A stretch of 55,766 nucleotides of DNA, filler included, from Platydemus manokwari (GCA_037951405.1; 5 parts of 5 records of this genome joined end to end with filler, not necessarily neighbours in it); one strand, 5' to 3'. Counted from the whole stretch's first letter, positions 12,801 through 25,170 are shown. Program-made: numbers and translations. Notes: a model not told the origin generated them from the letters alone.

Positions 12801-14677
12801 TCATATGGTTTCATAGGAAATTATGTTTTATAATTCGAACACTGTCTATTTTGAACAATGAACACAAAATAATGCGAAATAAATCAATAAATTAATAGAA
12901 TCTTTGAAAAACATAAATTCAAAACGAAAGATAAAGAATTTCAAAATCGAAGAGAAACCGAATTTGTTAAAATTATTCGATGAAGATAAATGCCGCTCTC
13001 AACGATTTCTTTCATCAAAATACAATCTTTCATTGAGCTGTATAAATAATCTAACGAAATCTAAAGACTCCATTTTGAATTCAAACTTGAAAACTAAACA
13101 AAACGAAAAACACATTTACGCAGTGGATATCAAGTTGATGCCATCTTATATGAATGATTTCAGATTATATCAATAATAATTATATCAATAACACGTTTAA
13201 TAATCGATATTCAAAATTAATATAAATATGTTTTAAGAAAAGTTTATTGTTGGCTTTTAAGAAAATCTGTTGCGAGTGTGACTGATTAATGTAATATCTG
13301 ATTCTATCACAGGTCTCTGCCGGTGAATCTACAAATGTCCAATCAGATAATGTCAAATCCATTGTGTTTGAAAGTGGAACAAAACTGGCATATGATTTCG
13401 TTGAATTGTTTATCGGAAAAGATGGCAATATTGAAGTTGTAGATCGAGAAGATAATCTTAAATGGTATGCAATGATTGTCAAATCTCCGTCACATAGAAC
13501 AATGCCAAATTATTATGCAAGTATCAAGGCTAATAAACAGAACGGTGATAATCCCGTCAAGAATACAGCAGGTCAGTGAAATAATGTCGATATTATATTT
13601 GTGTTCATCAATTATAATTTGATAAAAATGGATTATAACAAATCAGTATTATTGATTATAACAGTATATTGTGTAATTGTTGACAAATATATTAAAAATA
13701 ATAATAATCATTGAGATCCCTTGAATCGATAAATAAATCAGAAAATCAGTCTCATCTTTACAACCACATTAGTAATTATGAGGATTGTAAAATCAAATTA
13801 ATATATAAGTGATCATTTTGAATCGAAAATATATTGATTTTAAAAAATATCAATTATCAATTTAAATTGTTGGAATATTTTGATTAAATATACTTTTGTG
13901 TGTTTGAAATTCTTAGATTCGTTAAATTACTATCACATTAAGCTAAAGTAATTTTCAAGATAAAATAATTACATGATCTCCATTGATAATTTCATTATTA
14001 AAATATTCATTATAATTCACAGTAATCCATCAATATATGATAGTACATTCGAGAGAGAAACGCATTTTTGTCATTACTATATTCAAAGTATATTTATTTT
14101 TATCGTAACGTGCCTACAATTAGGTGTTGAATAAAGTACTTCGATAATCATTTATCAATCGTGTCTACACCAACTAGTCATTTTACTTGTTGACAAGTAA
14201 ATATTATATCTTGAATATATTCTTGAGTTTATTGATCAGTTATTCGATTCAAGGATAATTCCTGATAAATTGAACTGTGTTTTTCATTTTTATCTGTTAA
14301 ATTATCAATGGAATGAATTGAATTGAAAAAGATTGGCTTATTTTTTGTATCGTTTGACATAAATAATAAATGTTTACAATATTATATCGTTAATATTATT
14401 TGCCAGTGAAGACACCGGATAAATCAAAGAATCCCAATCAATCATTCAACAATAAAATCAGTGTGGATATCACAAAAAATCTCCTCGCGCTTGCTATTGA
14501 TGAAAAAGAAACTCTGAAGCAATTAGAATTATTAGTAAGTTTCATAATAATATTGTCGCATTGAATTCTCTCATGACAAACCAAAGAGATATTTCTCTTA
14601 CCAATTTTATCGTAAGTCTCGTCAATTGTAATTAACAACGCAACCACAGACAGACCGCATACTCGAAAACTCAGAAG
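9858..14677 (+). CDS. GSDME: Gasdermin (GSDME/PJVK-like): complete N-terminal pore-forming domain, linker and start of the C-terminal domain; 3' end lost in assembly gap
   Basis: Exons 9858-9917 (MLKLAAEHYLKSLGDKYFIP), 9961-10316 (NPDYAEWINCECLSVAIKRLPKHFWQRPKYTFNNFGLDDLL...FDEIMKQSIDFNAVNNFLSTK), 10372-10531 (KINLNNKQLHHLAQDKYNVICLITQYIYIT...KDAQ), 13313-13571 (VSAGESTNVQSDNVKSIVFESGTKLAYDFVELFIGKDGNIEVVDRED...), 14407-14534 (...ITKNLLALAIDEKETLKQLELL) and probably 14650-14677+ (TDRILENSE...). All junctions are GT-AG and in phase with no stops. Matches human GSDME motifs LSLVTKKKRFWCWQRPKY, TINLRNPVLQQVLEGRNEVLCVLTQKI and QVSATEDGNVTKDSNVVLEIPAATTIAYGVIELYVKLDGQFE. Confidence 0.92.
11399..12256 (-). 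mobile_element. Internally deleted mariner (DD34D) element with unusually long (~110 bp) inverted repeats, inside gasdermin intron 3
   Basis: Minus strand reads MMEFKRSDLKKLMYFLWKDGMDAPAIENNINSVLGTGTVSVRT, then a deletion, then NAEIYSIQL...FHLLHEISPPLTERLT*DKLVEISFAIIVHPT*SPDLAP(fs)SDYYLF...KQLPER*QKCV, with 34 residues between the decayed HDN position and the final D. 11400-11508 is an imperfect inverted copy of ~12166-12256. TA at 12257-12258. Confidence 0.85.
12721..13180 (+). mobile_element. pogo/Tigger (CENP-B type) transposon 5' fragment inside gasdermin intron 3
   Basis: TA|CAGTCAACCCTGATTAATATGAAC terminus with repeated TTAATATGAA subterminal motifs. ORF KRKIKNFKIEEK...SQRFLSSKYNLSLSCINNL is CENP-B N-terminal HTH-like, followed after a frameshift by KRK...VDAILYE*F. 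Confidence 0.75.
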
Positions 14678-14777
14678 NNNNNNNNNNNNNNNNNNNNNNN
14701 NNNNNNNNNNNNNNNNNNNNNTTAATTAATTAANNNNNNNNNNNNNNNNNNNNNNNNNNNNNNNNNNNNNNNNNNNN
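14678..14777. other. Assembly gap with artificial linker (44 N + TTAATTAATTAA + 44 N)
   Basis: Directly visible. The linker has stops in all six frames. Confidence 0.98.
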
Positions 14778-14899
14778 GATGGCAAAACGTTATTGATAAT
14801 GACGGACTTTATTTTGAGGGATAGTTGTTGTTTTAAATAAATTTATGTACAACACATTTTTATTTCCAATTTTGTCCGCGAACTTTATTTACAACCTAA
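14778..14899 (+). mobile_element. Mariner element 3' end abutting the gap
   Basis: Encodes WQNVIDNDGLYFEG*, a typical mariner C-terminus, followed by TIR ...TTTGTCCGCGAACTTTATTTACAACCTAA and TA at 14900-14901. Confidence 0.85.
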
Positions 14900-17800
14900 T
14901 AATTAAAGAAGATATAAATCGATAATCTTAGTATTTCATGTTTGAAATACAAATCAATATTTATACGAGTAAGATCTGTGAACAGTGCACTGAATTCCAA
15001 CTTTATCAATAATAAATGTAATCAAAATTATAAAAAAATAATAAATTCAATCGATATTAGTTATTCCGCTTAAATGTTAAAAATAAAGATTTTCCTCCAA
15101 CCAATTCATAATTTATCTCACGAAATCGTTAATTAATCCGTATCAACTAGTCCTCAATATCAAATGAAATTAATGTGTATTCATTAATGATGTGATGCGA
15201 TTTAGTCACGACAATGTAACTCCATGTGAAGACAAAGCCGGTTTATTTATCATTTCGTTTCGTACCGATTAATAATAAAAGAACTCAATAGAAATGAGAT
15301 GGATTAATTCTATTACAGATTCCATTTATTATTTCGAAAATCCTTAGGAGATTAACCATCAATATTTCGGAATAATCTCTTGAACCGTATTAGTCAAAAT
15401 ACAAGCACAGGAGCAAGGCAAACTTTTACATTGTCAAAAGATTCGTTAAAAAATTAAAATGCTCTGCCATTTTAAATGTAATTTTTATCAATGATAGAAA
15501 CCAATAAAATATTCACCGAAAACATCAACACTATTCCAATCATCAAACCCAATATCTCTCGATTTATTTATCATTACTTTAATCATTAAAACAAAACACG
15601 TTTTTGTTTATCCAATTAAAATGGAATAAATATTAGAATTTGTAAATTACTTTTAATCGAATTTATAAACGATCAATTTATATAGTTTTATCAACACCAT
15701 CTTTGATAAAGCCGAAATCCATTGTCTAAACAAACATGGATTTATCTATCAACAAAATTTATCAAAGTTTATTTGAGCCTTTTCATCATCCGATGGCATT
15801 TTTTTGAAAATTATTCAAAATTACGAAATATTTGATAATATGATTGTTTTAAATTGTATAACTCCAAAAAGTTGCCATCACTGAAAGCCAGACATCAATC
15901 AATATTCAGTGGCATGATTGACATCAAAACCGATGGCATCATTCAGAAGCGAATTTCCATCATTGTTGAAAACCAATAAGATTGATAGAAAGAATGTGAA
16001 GCCAAATCAATAATTTTGATATTTTCTAATAAATGACCAATGGTCAGGTCATGCGACAATGTTGATAGTACTACTTAAACGTTGATATCTCTCATCATGA
16101 CAATGATGGAGTACGGTGGCCAGATTTGTTATATAGTGATTATATTATAATTAGGTCAGTGCATTCGGTTATCATTAATTGATATCTCGCATCTACTAAT
16201 TGTTAGCAGTAATGAGATTATTTTATAAAAATGTATTTAATGAAATTCAAATATAAAATTCATCAATAATTAAAATAATAATGATATTATTGATTGATAA
16301 ATAGATTATTATTCATAATAAAATAATTATTTGAATATAAATTCAAAAATAGTTATATTATTAATGTAAGTATTAATATCGTCGAAGTTACAAGAAGTTC
16401 CAGAATGAACCAATGAAAACTTAAACATTGGTAGATCGGTTTTGTTTGTAGTACTTCCTACTCATCAGTATCAGATCGATAGTATCGATTAGAATGCACA
16501 ACGTTATTGTTTATTCTTTGATCGATTCTTTACTACCAGGCCATTTCACTGACTTTCACTATCATTTAGAACTTGTTGATTGAAATATAATTATAATTGG
16601 ATTTTAGTTTTACGATAGTATATCCTTCACAGTTGCTACATCTCTCAATCTGGGACATTCAAATTTTAACCAATGGATTAATTAAATTTAATTACATATA
16701 ATTAAATGCAGTCGATGTAGCTCATTCTTTGTCACAAATCTCAGAAAAGTTCTGAGAAATGTAATATTAGTTAATCGTGGTGAATAAAGGCTTAGAAAAT
16801 CTTAAGCTATTATAAACGTCAAAAAATAAGGTCGATAATTGTAATTTGAACTATTTGTATATAATGAAACAAATGGACGTGAAAATCCCTTAATTTTTCA
16901 TACACAATTATGTCTGAACCCTTCAGTAAAAGAATGAATTAAATATAGAAATTATATGGGTAAACATTGATAGAAAATGTGAATATGAAAATCATCTCAA
17001 CATTTTTCTCATTGTAATAGAGATATTACACTGATGATTTTCTTCAATTACTTGTCAATTCAAACCAATATGAGCTTAAAATATTGACTAGTTTCGTCAA
17101 GTGGTGAAGAATCACATAAAGTTAAAAAACAATTTTGAAAACATGAGATTTATCGATTCTACACAATAACGGAATGAAATTTTTTAATAGCGAAAAATAT
17201 AACGAGTTGAAAATTAAATATTCTATTGGTTAGCCAATTGGATTCATCTAAATTATCATTCTAATAATCTGTGAAAATCTGCAAATGCAATCATAGAATA
17301 GCCTCGCCGAGGTCATGTTGGTAGCACATATATTAATAAAAAATGTCTATGAAATTGTCAATAAATCGTGATGATAATTTTCATCAAATTAGTCATTTAA
17401 TAATGTTTATCAAAATCCGACTGTCCCCATCAATACATACACCACTTTTTCTGTCTTATCCAATCGATCCTCTGATGAAAAACCATCACTCAATTAAATA
17501 TTTCGTCAACAGAAAAATAATTCCCTCAGTAATGGATCTATCGATACTTAGTGAAGCAATCAAATTCGACTATAAGCAATAATTGAAAACTGATCTCAAA
17601 TAAATTAGAAGTTTTTAGGTGAAATAATAAATTTATTTTGTTACATTGGTAAATTGCCCGAATAAAGACGAAAGAAATTTATTCTCAAAGCTTAAACAAC
17701 ACTATTTTGATACCAAAAAAATATTAATTCTGATAAAGCGGGTGTACTCAACTCTAAAAGCATTATTAAAACTGTCATGATCGATTATTGTCAATGACAG

Positions 17801-19599
17801 AGATCAGAAATAGAACCGAGTTAAGGGATTTCAATCAAAAATTAATCAGTAAGTGTAAAATTATTTACGATTGAAAGTAAATAAAATAACCAAATTATTT
17901 TTATTAAAAAATGTAAATAATTGACACGAATAGGGTTTCGGTTATTCTGAAAATGATAAATAAACCACGGAAATCGTTGACAAAGGCCAATGGAAATTTT
18001 AAGGAGAATTTAGGAATAATTTGATGAAATTCAACTTTTTTTCTTACACTGAAACGATTTTGGTTTGATTTTATGAGAATAATTAAGATTAACTCACGAC
18101 TCCATTTATGAAGTGAAAGTTGCTGAAAGAGTTTTGCCATAAATTAGATAAATTGTAGGATGTCACTTTCTGGAGTAACAGTGTTGAAAGGTATGCGCTA
18201 TTTGCTGATAATTAATATTTTAGTAATACTTATAGAAATATAATTGCTGAAGTCACTTTGTGCCAGAGTCCTTGTTTTTTGTTTAGGATTAATTAATAAA
18301 GTAACCATTTATTCGAAAATAATTTACAATAAAAAAGATTTTATTAAAGAATCGATTATGTTTATTTCAATCCAAAAGTCTTTGTATTCATGTTATCCTT
18401 AGTCGTGTTTTTATATCGAACATCGTTCGGACTTAAACAACCTAACAAGTCAAATTAAAAAACAATTATAATATTATGCAACTCACCGAGCAGTCATAAC
18501 TGTACACGATTCTGTTACCGATCATAAAATCAATCGAAATACTATTTTTTTCCTTTCTGATGTTTATGTCTTATAAGATGCGTAGAGTTCAGAAGGATTT
18601 TAGCTCGTTTAAAGTATAGTAATTCTAATGTTTATATTGTACCTGACTCCAAAGATGCAGTAGTAGAAACAGTGATAATAATAAAAATATAAAAATATAA
18701 CAATATAATCTTTAAATTAAATGATGTACAGTTATCTAATAATAACAATTAAAAATATCGATAAACAAATATCAATCGATAATTATTGAGTGACAAATAA
18801 TAAAGGTTTTTTAATTATTAATTAACAATTATTGTTTTGTAATGGATTTTAATAGATCCTTGTCCAGAGAGCTGCACGGTCCTTGTATTAAAGTTTATGG
18901 TGGTTGGGACCTACAAAATCCGGCAACTATAAATGCAAGAGGATAGGCGTTTGAACTATATTTTAAACGAATAATAAACTATGTGATTGGACGAGGTTCA
19001 AGCCACTTTTAATCAAAATGTTTATCAGAATTATCATTGCAAAATGTATTAAATCTTTGTAGAATAATAATAATAAAATTAATTTTACTTAGTTAGAAAA
19101 ATTTTGTAGCAAATAACTCTTCTTCTCATTTTGATCGATTGGTAACCGCTTTTATACAATGGCCCTTGACTTTACTGACAGAATAATATAGACTGGGCGA
19201 TTTTTATAAATAATTATAGATTGCTTATGTGGAATAATCGGAGACGTTTTTAAGAGTAATTGTTTTCTTTTATACTATTTCTCCTTTTCTTTTAGTCTAA
19301 TTATCATTTTTTTATATTTTATTTATACTATTTTTAGATTTTCAGATTCTTTGTATCCTAATTTTAGTATCATTTAATTATTTGTTCTATTTTTAGTATC
19401 AATAAATTATTTATTTTGGTATTCACTTTGAGGTATTTGGTACCCAACACTATATTTTTCTTTTTACATAACTTAACATGTACAGGACTTTGGGGTTATT
19501 AATTTTTATCATAGGTCATAGATTATTGTTTTTGCTATTTAGTCTGGACCTTTGTAATCAGTTAATTGATATTATTACAAATCTTATTTTGTTTAGTTT

Positions 19600-20040
19600 G
19601 AAAGGAACAAGGAAACCGCAAAAATAATTCCTTATAATTCAAGACTGATACATAATGTTGATTCAAAATTAACGACCACTTTTATTCAAAGATAAATCCT
19701 TAAATTTCAATTGAAACAAATCTAAACACTTGTCATTCAAATCATTGAGTTTCTATTTCAATGACTTCACATTTACAAACGCTCAATTTTATGAACAAAA
19801 ATTACCGATTTTTCGTTGCAGTCTACTCTTTGATATCATGGAAATCATCTATAAGGTTTGTCTTCCTGTAAAATTTCGAACAAAAGATTGATGTAATAGT
19901 TTACATTAGTTAGTAGCTTTATTTGTGTCTAAGGCTAATTCTCATCAATTGAAGTTCTTAAATTGAATTGCTCAATATTTGGCAAGCAGTTTAGCGATGT
20001 CATGGTGAAAAGATGCTACCCGTCTTTATGTGAAGTTTTA
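19600..20040 (-). mobile_element. Decayed Penelope-like reverse transcriptase fragment
   Basis: Minus strand has KLH then ASFHHDIAKLLAKY, resembling the Penelope KIHK...S.T.NLAK.LAK region. Heavily mutated. Confidence 0.3.
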
Positions 20041-21740
20041 TTAATTTAGTTGAAAATTATATAAAAATAACGATTATCATTTCAAATACTTTTTCACTAT
20101 AATATCAGATGCCAAGCAACCAATCTGAGATAAATAGATATTTCAGTTAACACTTTCATGTCTTTCATTAACTTCAACTGATAGCTAGTGTTTTATATAA
20201 TGAAATTACCAAAAACTTCGTTGCAAGCTTGAACGATGATTTTCCCGTGACTAATTCCTACGCAGTCCCACCATAAATATCTCATAACCTAATTACAGTA
20301 TAAGAATTCCAATGAGAATGATTAGCCTAAATTCGCAATTTACTCGCGGAGCGTTTTTATAGTAGGAGCTATGACTCACCAATTATTTATCTTCATGGGC
20401 TTAGTTTTTGTGTCACGAAAATTTGTGCGTGATTTATTAAAAAACATTTACAAACATTTACGTGCTTTTTTAATTGCTATGCAATAGCATAATACTAATC
20501 GACATTGAACATTATATAAATTTTGTGCTCTTTTCTTTAGCAGACCCCATCTTTGTATATTACTCTCAAATTGTATTAATAGATTTAAAATATTCAAATA
20601 CTCTTCCAAAATCTTCAGCTGACACAATTGGTGAAATGTCGCCAAATATTTCCATGACAACGTGAATCATTCTTGTAAACCATGAATTGATGTCTTTGAA
20701 AAATACATGGTTACCGACTTCAAATGATGTAAAAAATATATAAAAATTGTAATTATAAAAATCTCAAAATAAGGTCTTCATTGAGGTTTATTGATTTCAG
20801 TACCAATCCCAACAAGATTCACAGATAATGTTTAGCAATTTTAAATTTAAATACACAAATATATGATATTTCCCAAAAAAATATCGCGTTTTAATAGAGA
20901 TCTACGAATGGTGAATAATATTACAATTAAAAACTCTCGCTTGTCATTAAATGTCCTATTAAATGTATCAGACAGAGCATCCATAATGAATTCATTAAAC
21001 CAGAAAGAAAGCGATAACAAATTGAATAAAACATTATCTCATACAATGTGTTACGTAATCAATGATTCATTAGACTTGATATTAAATGGTGAATCATGCG
21101 AAATTCAAATCTATTTTATCAAATTGTCATTGGGACTGCTATTTCGGTCAAAGATATTTTCGAATATTTCCTTCGTAGGAACAAAACAATAACAATCAAA
21201 TATTTTTTATACATGAATGCTAACTTAATCTAATTCAATTTATGATTATAATCGATAATATTGACGGCTGCCATTGTGTTTATAGAATTATTTGATTAAA
21301 ATTAAGTGTTAAAAATGTGATAATTAATATTATATCAGGGAAATATTTTTAAAATTAAAAAAATCAATTAATAGTGAAAATAATTCCAAGTCAATAGACT
21401 TCCAATAAATCATTAAAATTTAATATAAAATCAATAATAAAAATAAATATTATTATTTTAAGGGTTGTCTGATTGAATCATAGACAATTCCTACACAGGC
21501 ACCGCCAATAACAGACGGACTTCAAAGACACTTCTATTCGTCTGTATCACATAAGATCACACATTAACCATTTAATAACACACTCATCGATGGATTCGAA
21601 ATCATGCTCACTTTACTTAAATTCTTTCTAATTATTTTTGAAACTCAATTTTGATCGGTGAAATTAATAAGAGGTACAATATATGTGTTGACAAAAATTA
21701 ATGATTAAATTTATAATAGAATACCTTAGATATGACTTTG

Positions 21741-22155
21741 TTAGCTGAAATTAACGATCGATCTTGATTCTAGAATAATACACAGATACTAAAAACAATA
21801 AAGATAAACGAAATTAGCACAATCACTTTACTTATCCTAGATTCGCTGCTGTTACCTCGAGGATCATAAACACTGGCACCAATGTTTGACATTGATCGTC
21901 CTACTTCTGATGGTACAGTAAAATTTTGCTCGTAAGTTGATTTCTTCCCGAAACTCCATTCAATGTAACCTTTATTTCCCAATCGTAAAACATGCAATAA
22001 GATCCCCATAGAAATCATGGAACCCAATAAGGATAGAGCTGCCGATCCATAACTCCAAGACAACGAACATTGTGTTGGATTAGGCATCCATTGGTATTCG
22101 GGTAAATCCTTTGTATTGGCTCCAAAAAGAATCAGAGTAATTAAACATGTAATAG
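21741..22155 (-). CDS. Invertebrate claudin-like (PMP22/claudin superfamily) protein, late exon(s) covering TM3-ECL2-TM4 and tail
   Basis: Acceptor ttttttttcag at 22156-22166. Exon 22155-21832 gives AITCLITLILFGANTKDLPEYQWMPNPTQCSLSWSYGSAALSLLGSMISMGILLHV..., then a gtaaag donor. WMP.P....LSWS[YF]G.A between two hydrophobic helices is typical of Sinuous/Kune/Megatrachea-type claudins. Possible last exon 21769-21741 (KSRSIVNFS*). Upstream exons not confidently found. Confidence 0.72.
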
Positions 22156-24289
22156 CTGAAAAAAAATCGATAATAATTTTATTTGAAAATAATATAAAAC
22201 GCAATATTTTCCATGAATTTTTTTATTTATTTTAACTCTTTCAGAAAAACAATTAATTTAAAATTTAGGCAATTTTTTGGAGAAAAGAAATTTTAAAAAA
22301 TTCAATTTTATAGATTTAAAAACAAAACAAAAGTCCAACACAAATAGACAAAGCACAATCCATTAATTGATTCGAATCGGAACAATTATCTTTTCACAAG
22401 AAAGTAAGCATACCAGTGAAAAGAAATTTTATTACGGAATGAAATGGAATATTATATGTACATTTCAGAATGCGCCAATTATAAGATCAATAATGAATAT
22501 AATAAACGTAATAATATTAAAATCATTAATACAACGCACATATATCACATATGTCCGTAATGAGGATTATATTCACCGAAATCTCGAAAACAGAAATAAC
22601 TATTTAAAGTCTAATCAACATGGTGAACACAATACTCTATTCGTAATATTAAAATAAACAAATTGTTCAAATTATCATACCACATCGATCACTAAAATTC
22701 TAATATTAGTCGAAATAGTACGCGAAACTAATCAAAAATTTAATACTTTAATTATGTAAATTAGATGACCCGTGGCATGATTATTATGAATTGATGTTTA
22801 CCAACAATTCAAGGTCATTAATACACACTTTCACGCACACACAAAATTCAACCAATTAAAATCAATTTATGATTAACCAAATTGAACGATATATTTCATT
22901 TTGTTACTTAATCTGATATGACAAACCAGAAAATATCATGTTGTTTCTCATTGAATATTGCTTTTTAAATCTCTGAAAACAATAATTTTTCTCAATGCCG
23001 ATATTTGCGACGTATTTTATCTAATTCATGCTTCCACGTATTACCGTCGAGAATAAAGCACCAATGATCGTCGATGGGTTAAAATGTCAGATAATAATTA
23101 TTATAAATTAAAACAAAAGTAATGAAATTTCTCAACATTTTATTTTCAACGTTGTATCGACAATAACAGGAATTTATTTATTGATTATTTTCTTAACAGG
23201 GACAAATGAAAACTTTCAAAAAAATCAGTTTATAAATTACACCGACAAAGTCACCCTACTTGCCAATCATTATTTTTTCAATAAGAAATAAATTAAAAAA
23301 TCATGCACTATATAATGCTGAAAAATCATCAATGATAAGTTTTTTGAAATTTAAATTTATCTATAATTTTTTAAATTATAAACAAAGTATATTTAATTGA
23401 GCCAAAATAAGAGAAATTAACAGGCTATGAATAATATTAATTAATTTCAACTACTTATTATAGTAAGTAGTAAAATGCATTTAAATATTAATGATTGATT
23501 GCACAAATCGGAAATAGTAATGTAATTTCAAATGATTGTGAGGTCTCTACACCTCCATATAATCTACAAATTCTGTTGTTATCCTTGTTATCCTAACATG
23601 AAAAGATGTTTAAAAAGGCAACCTTCTAAATTATGAAATTGGCTGAATAATTGATTTACACGATGAAATACTATAATTTTTGGCAACTACAATTTATCTT
23701 TATAGCTTTCAATGTCTAATTGGTTTCCTTAATGAACTTCATTGTAGAGACAAAATAATGAATGAATTGTGTTCTCAAATGTCGCCAATCAATTTCAGAT
23801 TATTCTAGATAACAATATGAATAATCAAATAAATATTCAATCACCAAAGACAAAAATTCACTTAAAACATCAATATAAATATTTTATATAATGAAACGGT
23901 TGATAATAACTCTGTATATGAATCTGTGTTAGCATATATTCATAAAAAGAGTGCTTTAACAATTCTATTGCAACTGTTTTAAATTCGGCCAAATGATTAA
24001 AAATAAATTTTAAAGACAAAGGACTGAATTTCAAATTTTATATTTAATGAATTCTATTAAATAACGATTTGATATTCTGAAATCAATAATAAAATCTAAT
24101 TGATTTTCTACCATTTATCCTTGTTGAATAAAATTAATTCTACTAAAAAATTATAATCAATAATCTGATAAATTGCAAAAATTATTAATTCCAACTGCAA
24201 TTTTCCCTTTGAACTTCCAATATAATTGATCAGATAATTATCATTGATCATCATTACCATTACCCTCACAAGTCTGTTGAAAACCTGTG

Positions 24290-25170
24290 GTAACCTTGCT
24301 AGCAAAGTGGAAATTAACCAACTTTGTCATTCATAGCAAGGTCATCTTTAAGCGTAAATACTGCATTACGTACAGGAAATTTCTTCAAAGTGTCATTCTT
24401 GTTAGAAAACGCCTCAAACTTATCCCGAGTGATTCTAAATTCTGCTATTCAAACTACCTGTATTCTACAAAATCAAATGACGACTATAGACTTCGTAATA
24501 TAACAGAAGAATATCCATCATCCAACTTATCATTGGTGGACTTTAAATGTCTAATCTACATGATCTTTTCTAAACTATTACAACTGAATCATTTATGCAT
24601 TCCACCTCAAGGAATGGTCAACCAATTTCGCTAGACTCTCCATCTAAAACTACATGAGCAAAAGGTGGTGAAGAATGTATGCAAAACTGAATCTTTTTTT
24701 CCTTTACAATCGCAGATGGCGAAATTTCTTTGCGAATCTATCGAAATATCTGTATGAAAGACAGGTTTGATAGTATCTTGTTATTGCTGGCCCATGAAAA
24801 ATAATGGAGATCTATAAACTTTTCCGTCAGTGCTTCATGCTCTCTGTCAAATAAATTGGTGTCAGAAGATCAGAAACGACATATACAATAGGTATGCCTC
24901 TGCTATCTGCTCGATGTGGTAGAAAGTGGGATTTTGGGAGATAAATTCTATTATTTTAACAAGTCCTGCACCTTCAGATTCCCTACAATTAACAAGAAAT
25001 ATATGGGGACCATACCCTGTAAAAAGTTTTTGTTTGAGGTAGAGACAAACTCATTCAAGCTATTTACACAAAAGAAAATCATGGAAGTAATTAAAAAAAT
25101 TGATTGCAGAATTTATGTTGAAAAGGAATGTGAGTTTGTAAACTCCAAACTGAGAGTACACCTTTAAATT
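24290..25170 (+). mobile_element. Decayed Gypsy/Ty3 LTR-retrotransposon integrase region
   Basis: IFSKLLQLNHLCIPPQGMVNQFR*TL resembles the integrase core F..L..LLGI.H..T..YHPQ.NGMVERF.RTL. Later come GDKFYYFN and a frameshifted WGPYPVK (~25003-25023), a GPY/F module. Confidence 0.55.

Noticed and set aside
14722-14733. TTAATTAATTAA palindrome recurring four times as a biological motif
   Set aside because: Always centred in N runs, so it is an artificial linker.
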